This document shows, piece by piece, positions 52,748 through 64,000 of a DNA stretch of 64,000 nucleotides. Source of the DNA: Octopus vulgaris (Eukaryota). Location of the stretch: positions 117,366,001-117,430,000 of the forward strand of contig OX597817.1 in assembly GCA_951406725.2 (NCBI GenBank). Reading direction: 5' to 3'. The translations under genes were made by a program, and so were the position numbers. How positions within the stretch are numbered: the first letter of the stretch is position 1; every line of letters begins with the position of its first letter. Below the pieces are notes generated by a model that was not told the DNA's origin, ran no database searches, and saw only the letters and a program-made list of their open reading frames with translations.

Positions 52748-54324
52748 AATGGATGACAGACTTCTTTCAGGTTCTGTCTACCAAATCCACTCACAAAGTT
52801 TTGGTAGGCCCAGAGCTATAGTAGAAGACACATGCGCAAAGTACCATACAGTGGTACTGAACATGGTACCATGTGATTGGGAACAGATCTGAGACTAAGC
52901 AACAATAAGCATATTTATATGCAAATAACACTGAATATACCTCAGACATATGCAGAACAGTTTATTGCTGCAAAAATTATGATAAACAAATTGAAAAACG
53001 TTATAATTATATCTAATATTGATTTCTAATATTGATATATGTTCACAAAACTTCAGAAAAAGAATATAGATTCCTGAATACAATTATATTTTTAAGGCAT
53101 TTTTTACACCTTTCTAATACCTCTGCTCCATCTCCTGCCTCAAATGATTTCTTATATTAGCCCAAGACAAAACACTTTTCACAATATATAAGTCATTTTA
53201 ATCAATTCTAGCATTTCTCTTGCTTACTACTATTTTATTGATTTTGGAAGAATGAAATACAAAACCAATTTTCTCATGTAATTACTTTAAATTGAATAAT
53301 CAGAGATTGATTTATTTTTTACTGTCATAATTGTTATCGTATTTAACATCTTGTTTTGCAGAGGAGCTCTAATAAAACCGGAACATGACCATTTCTTTCT
53401 GTATTTGGTTTTATAAGTATTGCTTGACTTTCTTAGAGTATTTTCAAAATTATCCAAAAATAAGTCAGCAAGCTCACAGAATTCTTAACATGCCAGGCAA
53501 GATACATTGCAGTATTTCATTTGAGTTTTCATTCTGAGTTCAAATGTTACTGTGGTTGACATTGACTTTCATGTTTTCAGGGTTGATAAAATAAATACCA
53601 GTTGAGCACTGGGGTTGATCTAACTAGTTGACTTAGCCCCTTTTCTGAAAGTACTGGCCTTGTGCCAAAATTTGAAACTAATATTATTGAAAGATTTCAG
53701 TTACTCGATCATGCTTGATGGTTTAAGGTTTTGTGCATTATAGAGTGAGTTTTTGTCCACCAATTACATGGATAATCAGTATCAACTGAAGTCATTTTAA
53801 ATCACTAAATTGTATATGTGAAGCACTACTACACTGTACTTAATATACAGAATGCATATTGCTAATATGCATTCACAGTCATATTTTTAACATTCATAAT
53901 TAGCATCACTCATTAATTGTGCTTGTGCATTAATCATACTTAGTTTTTCCAACTGAGTAGAATATGCTTTCCTGAGGAGATCTGATAATATCAGTTCCAA
54001 ATTTTGGCTCAAGGCCAGCTTTTTCAGAGGCCAGGTAAGTCAATTAAATCAACCCAGTGCACAACTGCTACTTATTTTATTAACTCCAGAAGGTTTAAAA
54101 GCAAAGTTAACTCCAGTGGAATTTAAACTCAGACAAAATACTACTAAGAACTTTTTCTAGAGTGCTAATGATTCTGCCAGCTCACCACCTTAAGAAGATC
54201 GAATAATATTAAAATATTTGCAAACATTTTTGCTTATAACAAAACATCCACTTCCAAACTACACACACTTTATTTCTAGAAAATTCATATCATTGATCTT
54301 ATTGGTGAAATTCAATTTAGGTCA

Positions 54325-55060
54325 GCTATCCAACAGATGCTTCCCCTGTGTGCAGGGGCCACCTTGCCAAGACTTTCCAGCTTCCTCTGTGTTGTACTGT
54401 ATGCATACAATCAGTGAGGCTCTTGTTTCCAATACATTCTTTGATGCCATCAATCCACAAATGTCTTCAATGGACTCTTGTTCTCTTCTTAGTCTCACTC
54501 AGAAAAATAAAAAGCAAAATAAACACAAAATTCTGTGAGGTGCACGTTGGATTAGGGCCAACAGTGGTGCAAGAGATATTATATTCTGCTTCAATATTCT
54601 AGTACAAAAGAAAATGCAAGTGCAAAAAGATCTATCTATTTACTTCATAGATTATACCAAAGCATTTATTCATATACACCACAGAGAGATCATCACAAGC
54701 AAGCTTAGAAGGAAAATATAGTAGCATCTGTATGTTATATTGGAACCAAAATGCAAACATCAAAATAAACCAGGAATTGTCAGCACATGTAGAGATCAAA
54801 AGAGGTGTGAAAAAAGGATGTATGTTATCATCATACCCATTTAATATCCATGTTGAGTATATATGCAGAAAATTCAGTAAGACTGAGGAACTCACAGTCA
54901 AAAATATGAACATGAATAATATAAGATATGATGATTATATATGTAGCATTAGTGGCAGACAACAACGAGAAATTACAAGACATTTTTGATGGTGTAAGAG
55001 TGAAAAGAAAGGCGTAAATATGGATGTTAAAGGATAGACAATGCTTAATGCAGGTATAAA
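54325..55060. mobile_element. Decayed RTE-clade LINE with an inverted RT segment
   Basis: Plus strand 54540-55000: FIDYTKAF...LYWNQ...IKRGVKKGCMLSSYPFNI...NNIRYDD. Minus strand 54325-54490: KRTRVH*RHLWIDGIKECIG...HRGSWK, an RTE C-terminus. Confidence 0.75.
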
Positions 55061-56618
55061 GTCAATATTAGCCAAAACAAGATGAAATTAACCACAGTAG
55101 TTCTCAAAACATTTTCTGCCCACAGATGTGTGTGTGTATGTAGATATGCTTACATTTTGTAGTAAGGTTAAAATTGTAAGTATGCCTATGTTAAACTTGA
55201 AATTATCTGACTTAATTAATTAATTAGCCGTGGGTTCAATATAATCAGCTATATCCTGTAGGCATGGTATGCCAATGTAACAGTAGTTCAGTGACTGATA
55301 CTAGGCAATAGCCCAAATGTATATTCTATTTAACCAAGATGATGATGCAACGATGGTAACAATGATGAAGCGTTTATAGTTTGTTGGTTCTACTTCTACT
55401 GCTCTCTTTACCATAAGTTAGAGTTTTTGTTCTTGAGTGGCACAAGTTGTACTACAAAGACAAAGTAGTTTCTGGTTTATTCAAAGTAACAGTAAAAACA
55501 ATTTCTTTACAGTATTGATATTGTTTAATGATATATACTACAGAAGAATGATATTCCTGCAGCAAACATAGCAATGATAAAATTATGCTGTCTACACGGC
55601 AGATTACTTAAGTAGATATAATCCAGTACAATGTAAGTAATGGAGATTATGTTCAATAAGGTTAAGAAAAATCAGAGAATGGCAAACTGTCAACTTTGAT
55701 TAATTTTAAAAGTATCAAATACCTATTTCCGTAGGTGAGTGTAATAGCTGTCACAATAAGCTCCATCTTAGAATGAAGCCAAAGTGTCATTAGAAATACT
55801 ATATCTCTAACAATCAATATCCTATTATAAGGATGCAATACTTTCACAAAGCAGTCAATCAATCAATACTGTGATAAATAGCAGTAAATGCTTGATTTTG
55901 CATAATCCAAAAGTACATGCTTCCCATTCTGAAGCCTATCCAATCACAAAATGTATTCTCTATGTCTGAGTGCATATAATGTTACTGCATTTCGGTTCAT
56001 CTGGTCGGGAGGGACATTGATATGGTTAAAGGATGCAGATGGAGCAGCCAAATAATAAAATCTTATTCTTATGAAATTGTTACTGATGAAAACCTATAAA
56101 ATCAAGATGCCAAAAGTCAATAAAGAAGTGATTTATTCTTAGATAAAGAATTGTGACTAAGTTTGTTTAAAATACTTTTTGTGTTTGTGATAATAGCTAA
56201 GATATCTTACTAACAAAACAAAACAAGAAAAAAGGAAATTATCTATAATTCAAATGTTAGTGGATTGAACTGCCATCCAGTCTATTTACATTGAATTAAA
56301 TATTATATTGCAATGAAGATTTATTGATATCACCAATATATTTGCCAAGAGACTATAAAAATAAGCAAGATAATGATAAAGACCAGAGTCTATAAAGTTG
56401 AGAAGTTAAATTTGCTCCAAATAGGATGTTAACCTATTGCACATTATAATTTTCCTATTTTGATTTTAAAACTGTTATTTGGGGCCAGGTACTGGGCTGA
56501 GAGTAGTGCTCTTTCTCCTAAATGAATAGAATTTCTCAAAAAGATTTTAACTCATGATTTATAAATATGTAATATATCTTTGCATATCTATCTCTATCTT
56601 TATTTATCTCTCAGTTTC

Positions 56619-56693
<75 letters not shown>

Positions 56694-57074
56694 TTATATA
56701 TAAAATATATAGGCGCAGGAGTGGCTGTGTGTTCAGTCCCACTGCATGGCACCTTGGGCAAGTGTCTTCTACTATAGCCTCAGGCCAACCAAAGCCTTGT
56801 GAGTGGATTTGGTAGATGGAAACTGAAAGACGCCCATTGTATATATGTATATGTATAGATATGTGTGTGTGTGTTTGTGCATCTACGTTTGTACCCCCAA
56901 CATTGCTTGACAACTGATGCTGGTGTGTTTATGTCCCAGTAACTTAGTGGTTCAGCAAAAGAGACCAATAGAATAAGTACTAAGCTGACAAAAAATAAGT
57001 CCTGGGGTCGATTTGCTGGACTAAAGGTGGTGCTCCAGCATGGCTGCAGTCAAATGACCAAAACAAGTAAAAGA

Positions 57075-57135
<61 letters not shown>

Positions 57136-57576
57136 TTCTTCTTTACTTGTTGTGGAACTACATAAGTTACTGAAGGACCACAGTTTCCTGCTATAACATT
57201 CCCCAGACTAAACTGTATTTAAGTTCACAAACAACAATACACACACAGAGTTATGAATACCATAGTCAATACATGATTATTGCTTTAGCATCTGTATATT
57301 TTTCCATGCTTGCATGGGTCAGATGAAGGAAATTTTTTAAGGCCAGATGAACTTCTTGTCATTAACTATTACTTATTTTCAAGCAAGGTAATATTTTTCT
57401 CATGCACAAACATGTTTGTTTCCACAAAGGGCTTTATTTTACTGGAAAGTAATACATTTGTATTGCATTATTATTTTCATTGAAAGGTCCTTCACTGCTC
57501 TCGTTCTGTTAATGGATAGGCATACAGGCAAGTATTCTGGCATTGATGTAGCAACATTTGAAATATTTTCTAGGTA

Positions 57577-57649
57577 AATGCAGCTGATGAAGACTGATCA
57601 AATTTACATTGTCAAACATATTTGACGAGTTAGAAACCGGTATTGCATT
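57577..57649 (+). ncRNA. Type-I hammerhead ribozyme with intact core
   Basis: aatgcag-CTGATGA-agactgatcaaat...atttgacgagtta-GAAAC-cg-GTA-ttgcatt. Stem I is 7 bp, ACCGGT is palindromic, and the motif lies ~180 nt upstream of (TA)n. Confidence 0.75.
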
Positions 57650-57826
57650 ATCCGATTATAGGTTGTCCATTTATCGAATGTTCTTCCTAGAGATAAGACA
57701 AATTTTTCCTGTTTGTTGCACACACACGACTTTGCAAGTAAATACGCAGTGAAACTATACAATAGCGTCGTATTTGTATCGATTGCTATTTTCCAGTAAA
57801 TATTGGTGCCTTGTTGTACCGCTTAT

Positions 57827-58008
57827 CTATATATATATATATTTTATATATATATTTATATATCTATTCATATATTTGATGTATCTAATTTGTTTATCCA
57901 CATAATTGCCCCTCTGTATATATGTATGCATATATATGTGTATATTTAAATATATATGTATGTATGTGTATATATATATGTGTGTGTGTGCCTGAGTGTG
58001 TGTATGTA

Positions 58009-58070
<62 letters not shown>

Positions 58071-58122
58071 TGTATATAAGTATATGTATATGTATGTATA
58101 TATATATATATATATATACATG

Positions 58123-58167
<45 letters not shown>

Positions 58168-58389
58168 ATGTATACATATATATATATCTATGCATACAGA
58201 TACATATGTACATACATACATACATCATATATATATATATATGTATGTATATGTATGTATATGTATACATATACATATATCTATGCATACAGATACATAT
58301 GTACATACATACATACATATATATATATATATATGTATTCAAATATCATACATATATATTATGCATATATGTCATATATATTTATCATG

Positions 58390-58456
<67 letters not shown>
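57827..58456. repeat. Long (TA)n/(TATG)n compound microsatellite
   Basis: Seen directly. Confidence 0.97.
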
Positions 58457-58458
<2 letters not shown>

Positions 58459-59739
58459 ATTTGTATTTATACACGTGCATATATGAGATAGAGGAGAAAA
58501 AAAGAGAGAAGGAATTTATAATAGCATTACACAAATGGTATCTACATTTTATAGAATTAATAAGGAGTTATAAGAAACCATAGTTCAAAGGGAGAGAGAA
58601 TTGAAAACTGTTTAATGTAGAAAATGTTATAAAAGTTGAAACTATTTAAAATGTTTTGCTCTGAGCATGAAAATCTACAGTTAAATGTTTTAAATATATA
58701 AAATAATCACAAATTTAATATACCTGAAGAAAGCAAAGAAATATAAAAGATGCGCTGATTCAATAAGAAATCTTTTGAAAATATATGGAAAAATTGAAAT
58801 TAAATTTCATTTTATCAGCTTTTTTTAAGTATCAGTTTACATAAGATTTGTGTTGTTTTAACTAAAATACTCTGTGAAGGTGATAGGAAGTTAAATTTAG
58901 ATGCATGTTTACTCTTTTTGATTACGTAAAATCTATGACTTAATATTAAAAGAAAATTCAGCCTTATCATACTTAATGTAGTAAGCCAAGAAATTTTAAT
59001 TATTTAAAATTATCATTAATTATGTGAAAAATAAATTGTGAATAGGTAATAGCAGTCAAAAATGTAGATATGGTTTGAATAAAGTCAGGAGGAAACAGCC
59101 CAGAATTTTTAAAGTGCAGCTAGTGAGACAATGTAATTGGTAGCATATGCCATGCATTTGCTAATTGTGTTAGTTGATTATGTAGTCATAAGCTAGTCAC
59201 CTTCTCTATCCCTTTAACCTTCACTCAGGTATGTGTCTTAGTGTTTAGGGTATTCAGCTCGTGATCCTAAGGTCCATGAATGTATCTGTAATTCAAAATG
59301 GCCAGTATTGTCATATTCTGTGCCATGCTGAATCACAGACACTACATTTAGTGTATGTCTAATTGTGGAGTGATCAGTCCCTTGCCTGTTATTTTCATGA
59401 TCAGGCTGTTCCATTGATGAAATCAAATGGAATACTGGTTCTCATAACCAACGGAGTACCAGGTCATCAATCACTCAGCAGAACATATAGTATGCTTAGT
59501 GCCCAGGTGGTACTCATTACAGATGAATAAACTGGAGCGATGTGAATTGAAGTACTTTGTACAAGAACTGCCCAGTCAATATGCAATCCAGTGAATGTGC
59601 TGCCTTGTCCAGGAATCGAACCCTTGCCCTTACGATTATGACCACAGCCCTCTAACTACTAGGATACATGCCTTAACAACTGATAAAAATTCATTAAATA
59701 TGAATAAAGTACGGATTGAATCAGAACATTATCAGTATA

Positions 59740-60140
59740 GGCGCAGGAGTGGCTGTTTGGTAAGTAGCTTGCTAACCAACCACATGGTTCCGGGTTCAGT
59801 CCCACTGCGTGGCATCTTGGGCAAGTGTCTTCTGCTATAGCCCCGGGCTGACAAATGCCTTGTGAGTGGATTTGGTAGACGGAAACTGAAAGAAGCCTGT
59901 CGTATATATGTATATATATATATAAGTGTGTGTGAATATGTTTGTGTGTCTGTGTTTGTTCCCCTAGCATTGCTTGACAACTGATGCTGGTGTGTTTATG
60001 TGCCCGTCACTAAGCGGTTCGGCAAAAGAGACCGATAGAATAAGTACTGGGCTTACAAAGAATAAGTCCCGGGGTCGAGTTGCTCGACTAAAGGCGGTGC
60101 TCCAGCATGACTGAAACAAGTAAAAAGAGTAAAAAAAGAG
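59740..60140 (+). mobile_element. Family A SINE, best-preserved copy
   Basis: ggcgcaggagtggctgtttggtaag (A box), gggttcagtccc (B box), a CORE-like cttgggcaagtgtctt, an internal (TA)/(TG) tract and a gaaacaagtaaaaagag tail. Confidence 0.92.
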
Positions 60141-60489
60141 TATGTGACAGCTTTAGATGCATTTCCAAAGCAAGATTAGTTACTTTCCAATATTTAGAGT
60201 TAATGTGTTTGTTTTTGTAAACAACATGCTATCAGTTAACTTTATCAATATTAACTTATTAATAGCAGCATGATTTGAAGAAACATTAAAATATCTTGCT
60301 GTGTCTTTCCTGCTTCTTTGTATTTTTTATTCAATTCCCACCTAGTTCAGCTATGCTTTGATCCTTATATGATCCATAAAATAATGTGCCCATTGAGTTC
60401 TGCAGTCGATATAAATGACTAAAACCATCTTCTTCATTTAAAGCCTTGTGCCTATGTTTCAAAGTTTTATAAAAAAAAAGTAGTAGTCA

Positions 60490-61492
60490 TTATCATCATC
60501 ATCATCATTATCATCATCATTGTTGTTTAACATCTGCTTTCCATGCTGGCATAGGTTGGACAGTTTGACTGAGGACTGGCAAGCTAGAAGGCTGTACCAG
60601 GTTCCAGTCTGATCTGGCAGTGTTTCTACAGCTGGATGCCCTTCCTAACACCAACCACTTTGAGAGTGTAGTGGGTGATTTTTATGTGCCACTGGCATGA
60701 AGGCCAGTCAGGCAGTAATGGCATCGACCATGCTTGAATGGTGCTTTTTACATACCACCAGCATCAGAGCCACTCAGCTGGGACTGGCAATGACCATGCT
60801 TGAATGGTGCTTCTTACGTGCCACCAGCATGGGACCAGTCAGGCAGCATTGGCATCGACCATGCTCAAATAGTACTTTCTACATGCCACCAGTTCAGGTG
60901 CCAGTCAGATGGTACTTGCAACTTCACTTGATTCAATAGATCTTTGCAGGCACAGTTTATTGCCCAATGATTAAAGGGTACTCTTAAATGGCCCAGTTAT
61001 GCTGCACTGGCATAGGTCCTGGTTATGGTCTCACTTGGCCTACTGGGTCTTCTCAAGCACAGTGTATCTCCAAAGATCTTGGTCATTCGTCATTGCCTCC
61101 AAGAGGCCCAACATTTGAAAGTCATGCTTCACCACCTCATCCCAAGTCTTCCTGAGCCTACCTCTTCTACAGGTTCCCTCTACTTCTCGGGTGACACTTT
61201 TTCTCACAGCTGTCATCATCCATATGCAACACATGACCAAACCAGCACAGCTGTCTCTCTTGCACACCACATCTGATGCTTCTTAGGTCCAACTTTTCTC
61301 TCAGGGTGCTTACACTCTGTCGTACATGCATACTGATATTACACATCCAGCAGAGCATACTAGCTTCATTTCTTGCAAGCTTATGAATTTCCTCGGCAAT
61401 CACGGCCCATGTTTCACTGCCATATAGCTATTTGCACACATGTGTCATATAGTCTACCTTTTACTCTGAGTGAGAGGCCCTTTGACACCATG
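60490..61492 (-). mobile_element. 5'-truncated RTE-clade LINE with ~60-bp tandem repeats in the 3' UTR and a (GAT)n tail
   Basis: ORFs 61167-61403 and 61040-61270: RNEASMLCWMC...RQLCWFGHVLHM...VEGTCRRGRLRKTWDEVVKHD...DQDLWR. Confidence 0.9.
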
Positions 61493-62432
61493 GAAGACAA
61501 AACTGTGTTTACATAGATAATGAAATGAAATAATAAAGTAATTTTAATTTGCACCGTAAAAGAGATTCTATATGTTTGCTAGGTTGGAAAACAGAGTTGC
61601 TTATCTGAACATCTGATTTCTACTCTGTGTGGCAAGGTATTAAAATATGAATTAGGGGAATCGTTAAATTTTTACCATCTCACTCCTGCCCTTTTCATTA
61701 AAAAATGATAGAAAACGACTTACAAAATTAATAATATCAGATGAAATACTTTGCAAGCATAGTGTTATGTCCCTTTACATTGTGAGTCACATTTCATCGA
61801 AAGTTATCATAATTACTTACCCTTCTGGGTTGATGAAGTGCCAGTCTTGGAGTATCAACAGCACCTACAAAATACTTCTCACATTTCATCTTAGTCATTT
61901 ACCTTCTGGTTACAAATCCAAGAGTGGTCAGCTATTCCTTTCATCCTTTAAAGGTGAAATGAAATAAAATAAATTACTGCTTGAGTATTGGGTTTGATTT
62001 AATACCTTCTTGACTCTTTAACATTAAAACCAACCATAACTGGCCCAAATATTCTACCTGTTTTATGTTCATAAATGGCCCAAATATTCTACCTGTTTTA
62101 TGTTCAAACCAGACAGATTCAGCCTCTCACACTTAGCCTCCAATGTCATTCCAAAAATAATCACAGCATCAAAATCTCGAAGCTACTTGATAATGCATGA
62201 CTAATTAAAAACAATTGAACTAATAAGCACTGGATTTAACAGAGTAACTTGAATGCTAAAGGATTAAAGCAATGTGGATATTACAGCTACTATAATTGTA
62301 GACTGAGATAATTATGGCTTCAACCCACTATAAATAAAAATGTATGTAGCTTTTCCTGTGTAATAAACAAATATTGGTTTTATTTACATTATTTACAATT
62401 GACGGATATTTGTCCTCATCTTGTTTGTTGTT

Positions 62433-62478
62433 AACACAACGTTTTGGCTGATATGCCCTCCAGCCTTCATCAGGTGTC
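62433..62478 (-). ncRNA. Hammerhead copy in the inverted arm (G12A)
   Basis: Minus strand: gacac-CTGATGA-aggctg...cagcc-AAAAC-GTT-gtgtt. Confidence 0.6.
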
Positions 62479-62538
62479 TTGAGGAAATTTTGAACTTGGG
62501 TTCTCATTTCTAAGGTATTTTTTGATGTTGTTCTTGTA

Positions 62539-62603
<65 letters not shown>

Positions 62604-62624
62604 TCACTACCTGGAAAGCCCACA

Positions 62625-62696
62625 GGCATATGGCGTTGTTGTTAAGAGCATGGGCTACTAACCATAAGATTCCGAGTTCGATTCCAGGTAGTGGCC
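62625..62696 (+). promoter_or_regulatory. tRNA-derived Pol III head (A and B boxes)
   Basis: TGGCGTTGTTGTTAAGAGC (A box/D arm), atggg-ctactaa-ccat (anticodon-like arm) and GAGTTCGATTCC (B box). Confidence 0.7.
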
Positions 62697-62786
62697 AGCC
62701 TGAATAATAATAATAATAATAACAACAACAACAACAACATCGAAAAATACCTTAGGAATAAGAATCCAGGTTCGAAATTTCCCCTA

Positions 62787-62832
62787 GATTCCTGATGAAG
62801 GCTGGAGGGTATATCAGCTGAAACGTTGTGTT
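62787..62832 (+). ncRNA. Minimal type-I hammerhead ribozyme with intact core
   Basis: gattc-CTGATGA-aggctg-gagggtatat-cagct-GAAAC-GTT-gtgtt. The palindromic AACGTT replaces helix III. Confidence 0.75.
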
Positions 62833-63039
62833 AACAATAAACAAGATGAGGACAAATATCCATCAATTGTAAATAATGTAAATAATATACATAATTCCTC
62901 ATTTCTTAAATATAGAACTGAAATACTGGTTTTGTATTGTAACCATATGTCTATCTTATCTTGGTGCAGATTTTCGATTTTTTGTTTATGGATAGTGATG
63001 TAACTAATATTTTATTTCCATCAATTTATCACTTCATCA

Positions 63040-63252
63040 AGGCAGCAAGCTGGCAGAATTGTTAGCATGCTGGGTAAAAATGTTTAGCGGCATTTTTCCA
63101 ATCTTTATGTTCTGAGTTCAAATGCCACTAAGGTTGACTTTGCCTTTTATCCTTTCAGGGTTGATGAAATAAATACCAGTAGAGGATTGGGGTCAATGAA
63201 ATAGACTTACCCCTTCTCCAAACTTCCTGGCCTTGAATCAAAATTTGAAATC
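63040..63252 (+). mobile_element. Family B SINE with a visible TSD
   Basis: Full consensus match; tcacttcatc lies on both sides. Confidence 0.88.
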
Positions 63253-64000
63253 AGTATTTCACTTCATCTGATAGTGAGAGCATATCACACTTACAGAGGT
63301 CCTGAAACCCTGTTTTGAACCATATGGAGGATGTGATAAGAAGCACAATTTGAGTGACACACAGATAGAGCTTTAAGAGTTACTAAGAGACGTATAATTC
63401 TGCTAATCCACTGCCCTGAGTAGTTACTTGAATTATCAACCTTGAAAGAACCAAAGCCACACTTGACCTCCACTTGTATTTGAACTCGGGGCACAGAGGG
63501 TAGGAGCATATACCACAAAGCATTTTATCCAATGCTCCAATAAAATTGCTAAGTCATCATTTTTAATCTTTATCTTTTACTTGATTCAGTCATTGAACTG
63601 TGGCCATGCTGGGGCACTATGTTGAAAGATTTTTAGTCCCTTGGGCGAAAACACACACACACATGCACACACACACACAACAGGGTCTCAAACATTTTCC
63701 ATCTACCAAATTCACAAACAAGGCATTGATCAGCTTTGAGATATAGTATAAGACACTCATTTAAGTTGCTGTGCAGTGGTACTGAACCCAAAACCATGTG
63801 GTTGCAAAGCAAGCTGTGTAACCACACAACTATACCTGTGACCAAGTATAAAATTCTTCAATTATTTTCAAACTAAATGTAACCTTAAAATATCTGCTCT
63901 TTACATATTTTATAACAACTTCATGAGAGGACAAAGAACACTGCCCATAATCTGTTTCAGGGCTTCTAAAACTACAGCCAGTCTTCGTCGTCACTTGAAT

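Larger units (their letters stand above)
62382..62920 (+). mobile_element. Fold-back element with tRNA-like head, hammerhead ribozyme and 13-bp TSD (candidate PLE-dependent SINE)
   Basis: 62381-62616 is the inverted copy of 62682-62884. The TSD is aaatattggtttt (62369-62381) / aaatactggtttt (62921-62933). Confidence 0.8.

Noticed and set aside
57827-58583. Long ORFs rich in Y/I/M/C/V/H/T (also at 7672, 11579, 25063, 32681, 44065 and elsewhere)
   Set aside because: They are translations of (TA)n, (ACAT)n, (CTA)n and similar microsatellites, not genes.
60670-60910. Regularly spaced ~60-bp repeats resembling a CRISPR array (also at 31420-31650, 22220-22370 and 46600-46740)
   Set aside because: These are whole-unit tandem repeats in the RTE 3' UTR with no unique spacers, no cas genes and a eukaryotic context.

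Overview
AT-rich, microsatellite-dense eukaryotic DNA. The SINE and LINE families look like those of Octopus (coleoid cephalopod); this is inferred from repeat content only. No host protein-coding exon could be identified with confidence, and nearly all listed ORFs are microsatellite or repeat artefacts. The window is mostly transposon-derived: several tRNA-derived SINE families, decayed mariner, maT and Tc1 elements, piggyBac-like MITEs, Helitron/Helentron-like non-autonomous elements, RTE and Dong/R4 LINE fragments, and Penelope-like element (PLE) relics. The main hidden signal is about ten minimal type-I hammerhead ribozyme motifs (CUGANGA...GAAAC-short loop-GUH) from several sequence families. 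They sit in fold-back inserts, mostly inside (TA)n tracts. One insert (62382-62920) has a tRNA-like Pol III head, a hammerhead and a 13-bp target-site duplication, which suggests a SINE mobilised by Penelope-like elements. Another (5047-5540) carries a tRNA-Thr-like cassette instead of a recognisable ribozyme. All alignments and folds were done by eye, so boundaries are approximate.
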